A DNA stretch of 64,000 bases, taken from assembly GCA_963762565.1 (NCBI GenBank), contig CAVXLD010000012.1, positions 480,001 to 544,000 of the forward strand, in the 5' to 3' direction. The stretch comes from an uncultured Verrucomicrobiae bacterium. Lineage in GTDB: Bacteria; Verrucomicrobiota; Verrucomicrobiia; Chthoniobacterales; JAFAMB01. The notes beneath the pieces are model-generated. The model searched no databases. It was not told the DNA's origin and saw only the letters and a program-made list of their open reading frames with translations. Each line of letters begins with the position of its first letter. Position 1 is the first letter of the stretch. Both the position numbers and the translations under genes were made by a program. Positions 38,605 to 48,240 of the stretch are shown here, in pieces.

Positions 38605-40269
38605 ATGAGCCCCGGCATCGAAATGAAGAAAGAAGAGCAGGCGCACAATTGGCGCATTATTTACACTCGAAGATCGATTATTTGTCGTTCCTGGATCAGT
38701 TGCCTCTCATTGGGAGCCGCTTGGTCGCTTCTCACATTGGGACTTTTTACTCAACCTGCCTATTGCCAACGGCAAGAATTCATCGGACGCGGAAACAGCT
38801 CTGTCAGCTGGGGAGTAGTCGAAGTTCAGAATGTTGATAAAGGCTCAGCAGAAGGTCGAATTGGTGACCGGATTGTTGTAAAAATAAAAAACTTCGACGG
38901 GTGGCTCGTCGAACAAATTGGCGACGGTAACTACCCGAAATCGACGACACCTGGCGAGGGTTTAGTTAACCTGATTAAAGCCGGCCTATTTAAATCAGCG
39001 CTCGATGCCAGGCATGAAGCCGGCGCTGAGGCCCACCAGTTGGGTGGAAACCTTGAAGATTGGTTCAAAAATGATAACCCGGCGACTGGACCCAATGCGA
39101 ACGATCGGGCAACCCGAATTAAGACCTTCAAAGACAAGTACGCCGTCCTGCTCCAGCAACTGCAAAAGGATTATAAAGAAAATCCTTATCAAGGAATTCG
39201 GGAGGCATACAACTATATCCAAACTGTGTTTGATCAGCAGGTAGCCGGGCTCCGCCTGAAAATTAACGATTATACGCTCGATAACATTGCTCCGTCGAGC
39301 TCCCGCATCAATGCAGAAGAATCAAGCGGCGAAGATTCTTACCATGATGTTCCCTTTGATCTGGATCCGCAGTTGAACGATGACGTCTGGCAGAAACTAC
39401 GTTCCCGCGTCTTTCCCTGGGGAACAGTTAATGTGACGCTGGTTACAAAGCTGACCGACCGGGAGCACGATTTTCCGACTGCCGTTGTTTCTGCTGACAA
39501 CCCTCAAGGAAACGAGCTCATTGCCCCTAAACACTTCAAGCTCTACACCGTTGACCCAGTTACACTTTGGGCGGCACTGGGGGTGGTGCTCTTTCTGGTT
39601 GTTTTATTTATATCCGTAGCGTTCCGCACTGATCTGCTCCGGGATCCAACCAGAAAATTGCGACCGGACAAAAATTTTCCATTTAGCCTTTCCCGGGTAC
39701 AAATGGCGTTCTGGCTTTTCATTATCGTATCGAGCTTCCTCTTCCTGTTTGTGGCGACCCAAAAAGTAACGGTGCTTAATGTTACTTGTCTCTGGCTCAT
39801 CGGCATTGGGTCCGGAACCGCGTTAGGAGCTGCTATCATCACTCCGTCCAGCGACCCAAACAGTACGAACCAGGCCGCTGAGAACAAAAAAATCCAAGCG
39901 GAAGTGGCCAACGAGAGGTCGCGACTGCGAGACCTGGAAAACAAAGCAAAACAAGGCGCCCTTGACCCGGCGCGACAACAGGCCCTAAACGATCTCCGTC
40001 AGAAAGACCTCCCGAGAGAATACACCGGCTTCTTCTCGCTACGACAAATGCTGATGGATCTAATTAGCGACGACGTTGAAGGGGTCGCCATCTATCGATT
40101 CCAGATGCTGGCTTGGACCATTGCCCTAGGGTTTGTCTTCGTGTTCAAAGTTGCCACCGAGCGGGCGATACCAACGTTCGACCTCGCCACACTCGGTCTT
40201 CTTGGAATCAGCTCCGGAACCTACCTCGGCTTCAAGTTACGGAACGACGATGGTACCGGACGAAAATAG
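38605..40269 (+). CDS. Large membrane protein of unknown function (soluble N-domain plus duplicated TM module)
   Basis: SLSRVQMAFW...LWLIGIGSGT and YRFQMLAWT...LGLLGISSGTYLGFK form an internal repeat; start uncertain. Confidence 0.8.
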   Translation: MSPGIEMKKEEQAHNWRIIYTRRSIICRSWISCLSLGAAWSLLTLGLFTQPAYCQRQEFIGRGNSSVSWGVVEVQNVDKGSAEGRIGDRIVVKIKNFDGWLVEQIGDGNYPKSTTPGEGLVNLIKAGLFKSALDARHEAGAEAHQLGGNLEDWFKNDNPATGPNANDRATRIKTFKDKYAVLLQQLQKDYKENPYQGIREAYNYIQTVFDQQVAGLRLKINDYTLDNIAPSSSRINAEESSGEDSYHDVPFDLDPQLNDDVWQKLRSRVFPWGTVNVTLVTKLTDREHDFPTAVVSADNPQGNELIAPKHFKLYTVDPVTLWAALGVVLFLVVLFISVAFRTDLLRDPTRKLRPDKNFPFSLSRVQMAFWLFIIVSSFLFLFVATQKVTVLNVTCLWLIGIGSGTALGAAIITPSSDPNSTNQAAENKKIQAEVANERSRLRDLENKAKQGALDPARQQALNDLRQKDLPREYTGFFSLRQMLMDLISDDVEGVAIYRFQMLAWTIALGFVFVFKVATERAIPTFDLATLGLLGISSGTYLGFKLRNDDGTGRK

Positions 40270-40305
40270 TCCACCTAAACACTCACAACAACTCCCACCC
40301 AAATA

Positions 40306-40764
40306 ATGTCTACTTCAAATCTCCGCCTGACCGCTTTACGTCTTCCTGTTCGGCGGCTTCTATCAGCGGTACCGGCACTCGTCCTCGTATTAACTGCGTG
40401 CAGCATCATCGCGCCGTACGACCAAGCAGCATACGAACACGCCACGAGTACCAAGGCAGAGGCACTCCTGTTAATGGACCGAGCGACGACATCGTACAGC
40501 CAGAATATGGACAAAATCGATGCGGTTATTTTAGATCTCAACAAAGCATACGAGTACGACAAGGGTCGGGTCAGAAACCAGGACACCGTGGGGATGTGGA
40601 CGAGATTGCTAAGCCCGGACAAACTCTTTGGCGCCTTTATCCGGACATGGAAAAGTAAAGGCCAACTTCCTCCCGGCTACATCGAATTGAAAAAGAAAGA
40701 TGTAGAAGGCGCCTTCGATCAGATCATTCAGCTTGAACAAGGAAAACAAAAAACAGGGACCTAG
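40306..40764 (+). CDS. Lipoprotein of unknown function
   Basis: Lipobox LTAC; helical mature domain ending AFDQIIQLEQGK. Confidence 0.8.
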   Translation: MSTSNLRLTALRLPVRRLLSAVPALVLVLTACSIIAPYDQAAYEHATSTKAEALLLMDRATTSYSQNMDKIDAVILDLNKAYEYDKGRVRNQDTVGMWTRLLSPDKLFGAFIRTWKSKGQLPPGYIELKKKDVEGAFDQIIQLEQGKQKTGT

Positions 40765-41055
40765 TGTCCTGTCCCATAAATAACGTGGCTTTCGTTGCGA
40801 TCAAAATGGGCCGCCGGCAAGGCGCGAGGAGGGCGCATATCTTGATCGATACGTAACCGACGAGCAACGCGGCCGCCGGCCCATTTTCATCGCAACCCTC
40901 CGGGCCGTGGCCAGTTGGCTGTTTTTCTGCGTTGCTTGCTCCTTACGTATCAATTTAGATATGCTCGTCGTTAGTGCCAGTGCGGCTCGCACCGCCTTGA
41001 AAAACAGCCAACTGACCGACGGCGAAAGCCACGCTATTTATGGGACAGGACACTA
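40762..41055. mobile_element. 290-bp MITE with 31-bp terminal inverted repeats and TA target duplication
   Basis: TA-GTGTCCTGTCCCATAAATAACGTGGCTTTCG ... CGAAAGCCACGCTATTTATGGGACAGGACAC-TA (1 mismatch); no transposase inside. Confidence 0.9.
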
Positions 41056-41067
41056 ATCAAACTTCTT

Positions 41068-41403
41068 ATGCCGACCTTTAATACCGACAATTTTGTCCAG
41101 GCCGTTCTCGCGGACGTGAGCAACCTCGCCGCCACGCTGTTTAAGAACTATGTAGGACAGGCCGAAACCGATGCCCGAGCTTTTATCCAAGCCTCCAAAG
41201 ATACCATCGCTAGCGCCGCTTCACTCTATCAGCAGGGCCAAATCGACCAAGACGAGCTCGAAGATATAATCAACGACCAGAAAGCCTTAGCCGAAATGCA
41301 CGCCCTAAAAGACACCGGGCTAGCCAGCGCCGCGATCGACACGTTCGTCGACGGAGTGATCCAGATCATGATCAATGCCGCCGTTGCCGCCTTGAAGATC
41401 TAA
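41068..41403 (+). CDS. Small acidic helical protein, unknown function
   Basis: 111-aa ORF; would lie 11 nt after the lipoprotein stop if the MITE were removed. Confidence 0.75.
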   Translation: MPTFNTDNFVQAVLADVSNLAATLFKNYVGQAETDARAFIQASKDTIASAASLYQQGQIDQDELEDIINDQKALAEMHALKDTGLASAAIDTFVDGVIQIMINAAVAALKI

Positions 41404-41786
41404 ATATTGCCCGTTCACGAGATTCCGCAGGGGCATCCTTTCTTTTGCGTCTTTTCTTGACCTACAATTGGTTCCAGTGCTTCGCACCTCTACTAGGCTG
41501 CGCGTCTAGTTGAGCGCTTCGCGCAGTTATCGGCCTCGCAAGCGAGGCAGCCCCTCCACGGGCGTCCGTCGGACAAGTCTCACCTCTACCAGGCTCCGAT
41601 TCTCGACCAAACCCATCTGCGTTAATTTCACCCCGGAGAATTTCGGGGCTGCGGTTGTTGTCTTCTCTCTGAGCCTTTCACCAATCACCAATCACGAATC
41701 ACCTCTCACCCTCTGCGTCCTTTACGCGAGGTTTTATTTGTCATCTGTCATCTGTCATGCGCTTCGCTCGGCTATTCGCGAAGCGC

Positions 41787-43733
41787 CTATTCCGGCCCGA
41801 AGGCGATGCCGTAGGATTGATTCCGGAGCGGAATCCCTTTAATCACCGAGCCGGTAGCGATATCGATCACCCACGCGGAGGTAGCACGTAAGTCGGTAGC
41901 CCACAGCTCGCTACCATCGTGCGTGATCGCTAGCGAACCTGGGGCTTGCCCGACAGGAATCATCTCCACAAATTTTTGCGTGGTTAGGTCGACTTCGAAA
42001 ATCCCCGCGGTACCGCTATCGGTAGCGAACACTTTCGTGCCATCGGGCGTAACCGCGATCCCCCCGGTTACCGGCTGGGTGGGGGGACTGGATGGGAGAT
42101 CCACGGCATGCGTGATTTTGTGGGTTGCAGTCGAGATCGTATACAGCGTATCGCTGAATCCTCCTATTACATAGATCGCTTTGCCATCCGCCGAAAGGGT
42201 GAGCGCCATCGGATAGCGAATGCGCGTGGCGCTTGTGACCTGACGCGTGCTGGTATCGATTCCGACGATCCAACAAATCGCGTTCCCAAAATCAGGCTGG
42301 GGATTGTTCACGGCCACGTACACGGTTTTTCCGTCCGGCGCGACGGCGATGAAAGAGGGATATCCCTGGTATTGGTTCGGAATCACAATCGTCTTTCTCT
42401 TGAACGTCTCGGCATCGACTACCGTTACCGAGTTCGAGAACGAGTTAGCCACATAGACGGTCGAGCTGTCCGGTGAAACCACGACACTCACGGGCTCGCT
42501 CCCCACCGGAACGCTATAAACAACCTTTTTCGAAGCGGTATCCACTGCGGCCAAAGCTCCCGACCCGAAATCGGTCACATACGCGCGTTTTCCGTCCGGG
42601 CTGACCGCCACGCCCCCGTACTCGAGGAAGAGCTGGCTGCCGTAGGTAATGGCTCCCACCGGCAAGTTGGCGGCTACACCTGTGCTATCGAGCGCTACTA
42701 AGTTGGACGTACCGGAGCTTGGACTCAGCAGCGTGCTCCCGTCCGGGCTGATCGCCATCCCGCCAACCGACGAAATCGAATCGATCAGCGCCTCCGTCTT
42801 ACGGGTCGCGACGTTCATGACCGCGATTTGCGGCCCATTCACTGGCACATAGGCGGTGCTCGAATCCGGCGAAAACAGAATCGCACCGGGCGATTGAACT
42901 GCCGGCAGCGTGATTGTGTTGGTGTCGAACGTGCTGGTTGAAATCACGACGATGATCGAAGTGACGCCGCGATACAGCGGGAATTCTCCCAGCCAAGCTT
43001 GCGACCCATCAGGAGTAATCTTGATAAAGCCCGCAGAAACATTAGAGGGTAGCGGAATGGTTTCAACGACCACGTAGTTCGCTGTGCTTACGACCTGAAC
43101 GCTTTCCTGCGGATTTCCAGTATTACCGACGGATGCGATATAGAGATACTTACCATCCGGCGTCACTGCCTGGCTGGCCGCCGATATAGAGGGAATCGTT
43201 TTCGTTACGCTAAGCGAGCCCGCGTTTATCACGTAGAGACCAACGGAACCGATGACGTACAACTTCGTTCCATCAGGACTCAGTGTCATAGCATCTACCG
43301 AATAATCGTGAATCGCGAGCTTGCCGGTCACCGTGTTGGAGGCAGTATCAATTGCAACGATATGGTAAAGGTTAGCCGCATCGAAAGACTCTGCATACAA
43401 CCTGGTACCGTCGGGACTAATAGCCTCCCACTGCACGGAAAACCCGACCTTAACCTTGGCAAGAGTTAATCCAGTAGTCGAGTTCAGCACCGACACCGAT
43501 GCTGAATTCGTGTTTGAAACATACACCTTGTTGCCGTCAGGCGAATAGACGGCTTGAAAAGCGTTTTGCCCAACGGTCCACTGCGCCTTTTGCTTATTCG
43601 TAGTGGTTTGAAAAACGTCGACAACCGAGGCGTTGTTGCAGCAATCCGAAATGTAGGCCACCTCCGCCGAAACCGGCGACGTGGCGGAAAAGAGCAGAGC
43701 GGCATAGCCGACGAAATACGTTCGCAATGACAT
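41787..43733 (-). CDS. Secreted YncE/YVTN repeat beta-propeller protein
   Basis: Signal peptide from ATG 43733; many SPDG..(V/L)YV repeats. Confidence 0.9.
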   Translation of the reverse strand: MSLRTYFVGYAALLFSATSPVSAEVAYISDCCNNASVVDVFQTTTNKQKAQWTVGQNAFQAVYSPDGNKVYVSNTNSASVSVLNSTTGLTLAKVKVGFSVQWEAISPDGTRLYAESFDAANLYHIVAIDTASNTVTGKLAIHDYSVDAMTLSPDGTKLYVIGSVGLYVINAGSLSVTKTIPSISAASQAVTPDGKYLYIASVGNTGNPQESVQVVSTANYVVVETIPLPSNVSAGFIKITPDGSQAWLGEFPLYRGVTSIIVVISTSTFDTNTITLPAVQSPGAILFSPDSSTAYVPVNGPQIAVMNVATRKTEALIDSISSVGGMAISPDGSTLLSPSSGTSNLVALDSTGVAANLPVGAITYGSQLFLEYGGVAVSPDGKRAYVTDFGSGALAAVDTASKKVVYSVPVGSEPVSVVVSPDSSTVYVANSFSNSVTVVDAETFKRKTIVIPNQYQGYPSFIAVAPDGKTVYVAVNNPQPDFGNAICWIVGIDTSTRQVTSATRIRYPMALTLSADGKAIYVIGGFSDTLYTISTATHKITHAVDLPSSPPTQPVTGGIAVTPDGTKVFATDSGTAGIFEVDLTTQKFVEMIPVGQAPGSLAITHDGSELWATDLRATSAWVIDIATGSVIKGIPLRNQSYGIAFGPE

Positions 43734-44235
43734 ACGGAACCTCCAGGGGAGGACGAGCATATCAAAGACTTGGTTCTTAGGGTAGAACGATTTGTTCGAC
43801 GCCAAGGCAGAAGGGTCACGCCTTTTGGGGCGTGTTGCCCAATTGGATGTCACACAACAAGACCCCAAGGGACACGAAGAGAACAAAATCTCACGCAAAG
43901 CCGCAAAGACGCCAAGCAGAGACAGATTTAACCACAGCCCCGAAATTCTCCGGGGTGAAATGAACACGGATTTACGCAGATGGATTTTCGAAAGACACCA
44001 GATTTACAAACATAGCAGAGTCTATCTGTGTCAATCTGTGTTCATCTGCGGTTCAGTCTGATTTGCTTTGTGTTTTCGTGCCTTCGTGTGAGGCCCTATT
44101 TGCGTTTATTCGTGTGCATTCGCGGTCCCTTTTTTTGCGTTCCTTGCGCTCTTTTGCGGCTATTCAGACTTAACGCCTCCGACCCACCCCATCTGCGTAT
44201 ATCTGTGTTCATCTGCGGTTCGTCTGTCTTCGTTT

Positions 44236-44619
44236 CTATTCACCTTCAATCGCGAAGCTTTCGATATACTTCGATGATTGTTGCTGTAACGGCTTAAGCT
44301 TTTGGAACTGTGGCGAAGAACGCCACCGTTCCGCATCGGCCAGACTAGGGAATTCGATCACCACGACTCGCTGAGGAGCGCGTCCATCAAATACCACTGC
44401 TTTCCCGCCACGCGCCAAGATTTTACCGTGGTAAGTCGTAACCACTGCGGCTGCTGCCTTCCCATATTTCTGGTATCCAACCGGATCAGTCACCTCAATA
44501 TTCGAAATCACAAATGCAGGCGGCGCCTTAGCCTGTCCTCCCTGGAGCCCGCTAATGGCGACAATGCCCATACCAACGCCGGCCAGAGTTGCCGTTACCG
44601 CTTTCAATTGAATCTTCAT
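44236..44619 (-). CDS. DUF1330 domain protein with N-terminal signal/TM segment
   Basis: YHGKILARGG, RVVVIEFPS...W..SPQFQ. Confidence 0.88.
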   Translation of the reverse strand: MKIQLKAVTATLAGVGMGIVAISGLQGGQAKAPPAFVISNIEVTDPVGYQKYGKAAAAVVTTYHGKILARGGKAVVFDGRAPQRVVVIEFPSLADAERWRSSPQFQKLKPLQQQSSKYIESFAIEGE

Positions 44620-44743
44620 GGCGATGGCAATCATGGGCAATTTGATAGGAAATGAGAAGTCAGGACTCTCAACGGCCGCTGTGTCTGACATGTTTCCGCC
44701 GGATCCTATCTGCGTAAATCCGTGTTCATTTCACCCCGGAGGA

Positions 44744-45391
44744 TTAGAATATCCGAGTCTCCTGAAGAGAGGGAGGGTTATCAACGGGCGTACCCGTTGA
44801 TCCCCCGAGCTGCCACGCCCCGATGCGCACGGTCTCACCGCCGGTGATCGCCACCTTCGCGTAGAGCGTCTCTTCGTTTAGATAATCCCGCGTCACATAG
44901 TCATTAAAGTTATCGAGCACCCTCTCCCGGCTAGGCCAGGTGAAACGGCAAAAGACGTAATAACTGCCGGGTGCGACGTGGCCAAAGCTGAAGTTCCCGT
45001 CGCCATCGGTGGTGGTTTTGCGTACGAATTGCGTTAGTCGGGGATCAAGCACCACCTCGGTAGGTGCATTTTGCCAAATGATACGAGCGACTTCATCCGT
45101 ATAGGCATTGGCCGGCATCAAGCCCACCGCGAGGTGATGCGCCACCCGGGTCTGCATCGGTTCCCAATGTGGATCTCCCATGTACCCGACGGCCCGGCCT
45201 GTGATGGCGGCGGAACCGGAAGATCGGATCAGGGCGAAAGCGGCCTCGTTAAATGGCGTAGCCATGTTCTCGCATGCAGCGAGGGCGAACAGCAGCAGTG
45301 GCCAAGTTATCGGCCTCGCAAGCGAGGCAGCGCTCCACGGGTGTCGCGTCTTCGCGGCGTTTGAGGTCTTCCACCAATCACTAATCACCAA
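44744..45391 (-). CDS. Putative lipoprotein with carboxypeptidase-regulatory-like domain; 5' end lies in repeats
   Basis: LLLFALAAC lipobox; TTTDGDGNFSFGHVAPGSYYV. The ORF-track start is inside a heptamer array. Confidence 0.6.
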   Translation of the reverse strand: MVISDWWKTSNAAKTRHPWSAASLARPITWPLLLFALAACENMATPFNEAAFALIRSSGSAAITGRAVGYMGDPHWEPMQTRVAHHLAVGLMPANAYTDEVARIIWQNAPTEVVLDPRLTQFVRKTTTDGDGNFSFGHVAPGSYYVFCRFTWPSRERVLDNFNDYVTRDYLNEETLYAKVAITGGETVRIGAWQLGGSTGTPVDNPPSLQETRIF

Positions 45392-45488
45392 TCACCTTTC
45401 ACGCTCTTCCGTGCTTTGCGTCCCTGGCCGACATAGCTAAAGGGGGAGATGGGGCGACGTCTGCTTTGGGCGAGATTTTTCTTCGTCT

Positions 45489-45749
45489 TTATTCGTCGCT
45501 ATTGCCGCGCGCGATGCCGTTCAAGCCGCTGGCTACGTTGCAGCCTGACCCGTTTTGCCGAAAGATTTGGCGCTGCTGATACCAAGCCGAGCGGTACTTA
45601 ACAATCCAGTCCATCAACGCACGCTCAAAGCCGATATCGTACCCGGCTTTTTCGCTTTCGATCCATTTGTGTCGCAAGATTTCCGCTCGTTCGGCTAAAA
45701 ATTCCTTATACAAGGATGAATTCCTAACCAGCTGAGAGACTTCTTCCAC
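45489..45749 (-). CDS. Small DUF4032-like protein
   Basis: SSLYKEFLAERAEILRHKWIESEKAGYDIGFERALMDW. Confidence 0.8.
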   Translation of the reverse strand: MEEVSQLVRNSSLYKEFLAERAEILRHKWIESEKAGYDIGFERALMDWIVKYRSAWYQQRQIFRQNGSGCNVASGLNGIARGNSDE

Positions 45750-46233
45750 GGGGGTGTAAAACTAGTTAGGGACACTAACGTCTTCCAATACTTATTTCGA
45801 AGTGTTACTAGACCTTCTGCGTATGGAAAAGAAGGTAAATGTTCAGGGCAGGCCTCTCACTTCCCACCTTTTATTGCTGCCAACGGTTAGTCGACAAAAG
45901 CGAAGAACGGCACCGGCCCGCGGCTTCAAATGCTCGGCAGAACTGTCCAAAGTAAAAAGACATGAGCCTATTTCTTCCCGTCTTAAAACCTCAACTTACA
46001 AACGGAAAGATCTCAAAGGTCACAAAGCCAAAAGACTTCTTACAGAAGCTAACGAAGCAAACGAAGGGTTGTGAAACGCTAAGCTAAACCCGGGCCGAAA
46101 ACCCCTTCGTTACCTTCTGTATCACCTCTGTTGCCTCCCTTACCTCCTGTTCAAACCGTCTGTCTTTGTGGCCTTTGTGATCTTTCCGTACTGTAGGAAT
46201 CGAATTGGGCAACACGCCTTTAAAGGCGTGACC

Positions 46234-46395
46234 CTATGTGTTAATCAGGAATTTCTGGAGAGGATCCCAATAGTGCGCTTTCCAGCCCGATGCGAAACTC
46301 TCCGCGTCGCCTTTAGGGAAGCCGGTATGATCAAATACGATTTTGGTTTCGCCGCCTTGTTCCACGAGTTCGAACTTCACAATCGAGTAGACGCC
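46234..46395 (-). pseudogene. 3' remnant of an SRPBCC/AHSA1 gene
   Basis: GVYSIVKFELVEQGGETKIVFDHTGFP...GWKAHYWDPL; no matching N-terminal half. Confidence 0.7.
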
Positions 46396-46458
46396 GAATA
46401 GACAAATCCCCTGAAAGCAAGAAGAATGCAGGATGCACAAGAAGTATAACGGAGAAAG

Positions 46459-48240
46459 ATGAGTTGCCAGCCGATCACCTACCTCATGTGGAAGTATCAA
46501 CCGCATTTCAGAGCTGCAGCGAAACACTTTGCCGAAAGGGTTTTCAAGGATCTAGATCAACTTTTCGAGCCGCAGCTATTTCTGGTTGGTATTCTCGCTG
46601 ATAGAAATCTGCAGCGTTTTCCCGCCTGTGTGGAGCCGGAAAAAGACTTTTGGATTCACTCGGAACGTTTCAATGGTGTGCTGGCACTAGCCCAGACTCT
46701 GAACCCGGCATATCCCGAAACCGGAATGCCTCAATCCCATCCTCTGGCTCAAGAGCGGCAAAATAAAACCTTATTCGATCGATCAATCCGTGATGCTATC
46801 AGGGAGACGATTGAGACGGAGTCATCAGCCAGCTTCAGTTTACGCTACTTCGTCTCACTTCCGACCAGGGTAGAAGGTTACCTGGTTTGTACGGTTCTCG
46901 GTTTGCAGCGCGAGGTAGTTCGTGCGCACTATGAACTGAAGCAATCTGTGGTCCGGATTCATAAACATAGAAATGCTGAGGTGGCGGTGTCGTTAATTGA
47001 CGCTGCCGCAAAAGAGTTTCTCGAGCGTTTGCGCCAGGAGCTTCTGAAACCTGATCCTGGCCTCGGCGAACTCGAGGTCGATCCGGAAGATATTATCTGT
47101 CTCGCTGGCCGGTCGCTCTGCAGAGATACGGTCGCGCGAATCGATCAACGCCGAATTGAAGGCATGCATGACCTCTTTAACGCATGCTCGACGATTTCAT
47201 CTCTTGGATACGAGAAATCGGTGGCATCGGGGCGTATGATCCTTTGCCGAAGGGATCACTTGTCGCTAAACCCCCGGATCTCACTGATAAAGCCGGAAAA
47301 GCTATCTAGATACCGGGCAGCAAGAAAACTTTTCCAGCTCGCATCCGGCGATCTCTCCCTGCATTCGGATTCCGAGGAGGTTTTTGGTTTAGTATCGCTT
47401 CGGGACTACGACGAAACCCAAGAGGACCTCTTTGAGATGCAGGTACTTGGTCATCAGCATTGGGAACTAAATCACGCTGGCAAAACGCTCATGAAAGTGG
47501 GGTACGGTATACCGTCTTTGCCGCGGTTGTCCTTTCATGAAGCCAAGCTACGGAGTGATTTAGCAAGAATCTTCAGATCAATAAGTCCAGAAGATACTAG
47601 TCGCCTGGTGACATTGATCCGGGCGGCTGAGGAAGTCTCGCACGGCGCCCTTTTGATCATCAGTGAGAATGCTGCCGCTGAGGCGCATCGCCTGCGAAAA
47701 GAGGGGATGCCGGTCGATGCGTGCTTACTCACGCCCGACCTGTTGCGACGTCTCACCACTATCGACGGAGCCATTCTGCTGTCGCCTGATGGCATGTGTC
47801 ACGGTTTCGGGACAATTCTGGATGGAATGGCTAGTGAGAGCGGCGATCCTAGCCGCGGGGCTCGCTTTAATTCTGCGCTCCGTTATGTAGAAGCAGCCTG
47901 GCCCTGCTTGGCGGTCGTGGTGTCACAGGATAGCGGAATTGACTTCATTCCAAACCTCCGGCCGGCTGTTCGACGGTCGGCTATAGATAAGGCAATCGCC
48001 GAAATCAAAGAATTGAAAGGTGCAACCCTGATAAGGAGGGACCGATATGATGCCGCTCTGGACTTTCTGGATGAACACCGCTTTTACCTTCGGAAAGAAG
48101 ATTGCGATACCATCATTTCAGTAGTCGAATTTGTCGAGGCAGCTCTCCGGAAGCAGGACAGAACAGGAATCTGGATCATCAGGCAGAAATTCGTACCAAA
48201 CCTTCACCTGGATGAAGAGTTATATTACCAGAAAGAATAA
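46459..48240 (+). CDS. Diadenylate cyclase (DisA_N/DAC)-like protein with long N-terminal putative sensor region
   Basis: HGALLII, IDGAILL, GTILDG, RGARFNSA, AVVVSQD in the C-terminal third. Confidence 0.82.
   Translation: MSCQPITYLMWKYQPHFRAAAKHFAERVFKDLDQLFEPQLFLVGILADRNLQRFPACVEPEKDFWIHSERFNGVLALAQTLNPAYPETGMPQSHPLAQERQNKTLFDRSIRDAIRETIETESSASFSLRYFVSLPTRVEGYLVCTVLGLQREVVRAHYELKQSVVRIHKHRNAEVAVSLIDAAAKEFLERLRQELLKPDPGLGELEVDPEDIICLAGRSLCRDTVARIDQRRIEGMHDLFNACSTISSLGYEKSVASGRMILCRRDHLSLNPRISLIKPEKLSRYRAARKLFQLASGDLSLHSDSEEVFGLVSLRDYDETQEDLFEMQVLGHQHWELNHAGKTLMKVGYGIPSLPRLSFHEAKLRSDLARIFRSISPEDTSRLVTLIRAAEEVSHGALLIISENAAAEAHRLRKEGMPVDACLLTPDLLRRLTTIDGAILLSPDGMCHGFGTILDGMASESGDPSRGARFNSALRYVEAAWPCLAVVVSQDSGIDFIPNLRPAVRRSAIDKAIAEIKELKGATLIRRDRYDAALDFLDEHRFYLRKEDCDTIISVVEFVEAALRKQDRTGIWIIRQKFVPNLHLDEELYYQKE

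Noticed and set aside
2357..43959. CRISPR array interpretation of the 22-32 bp palindromic repeats
   Set aside because: Copies are dispersed about one per gap in both orientations, with no regular repeat-spacer period and no cas genes.
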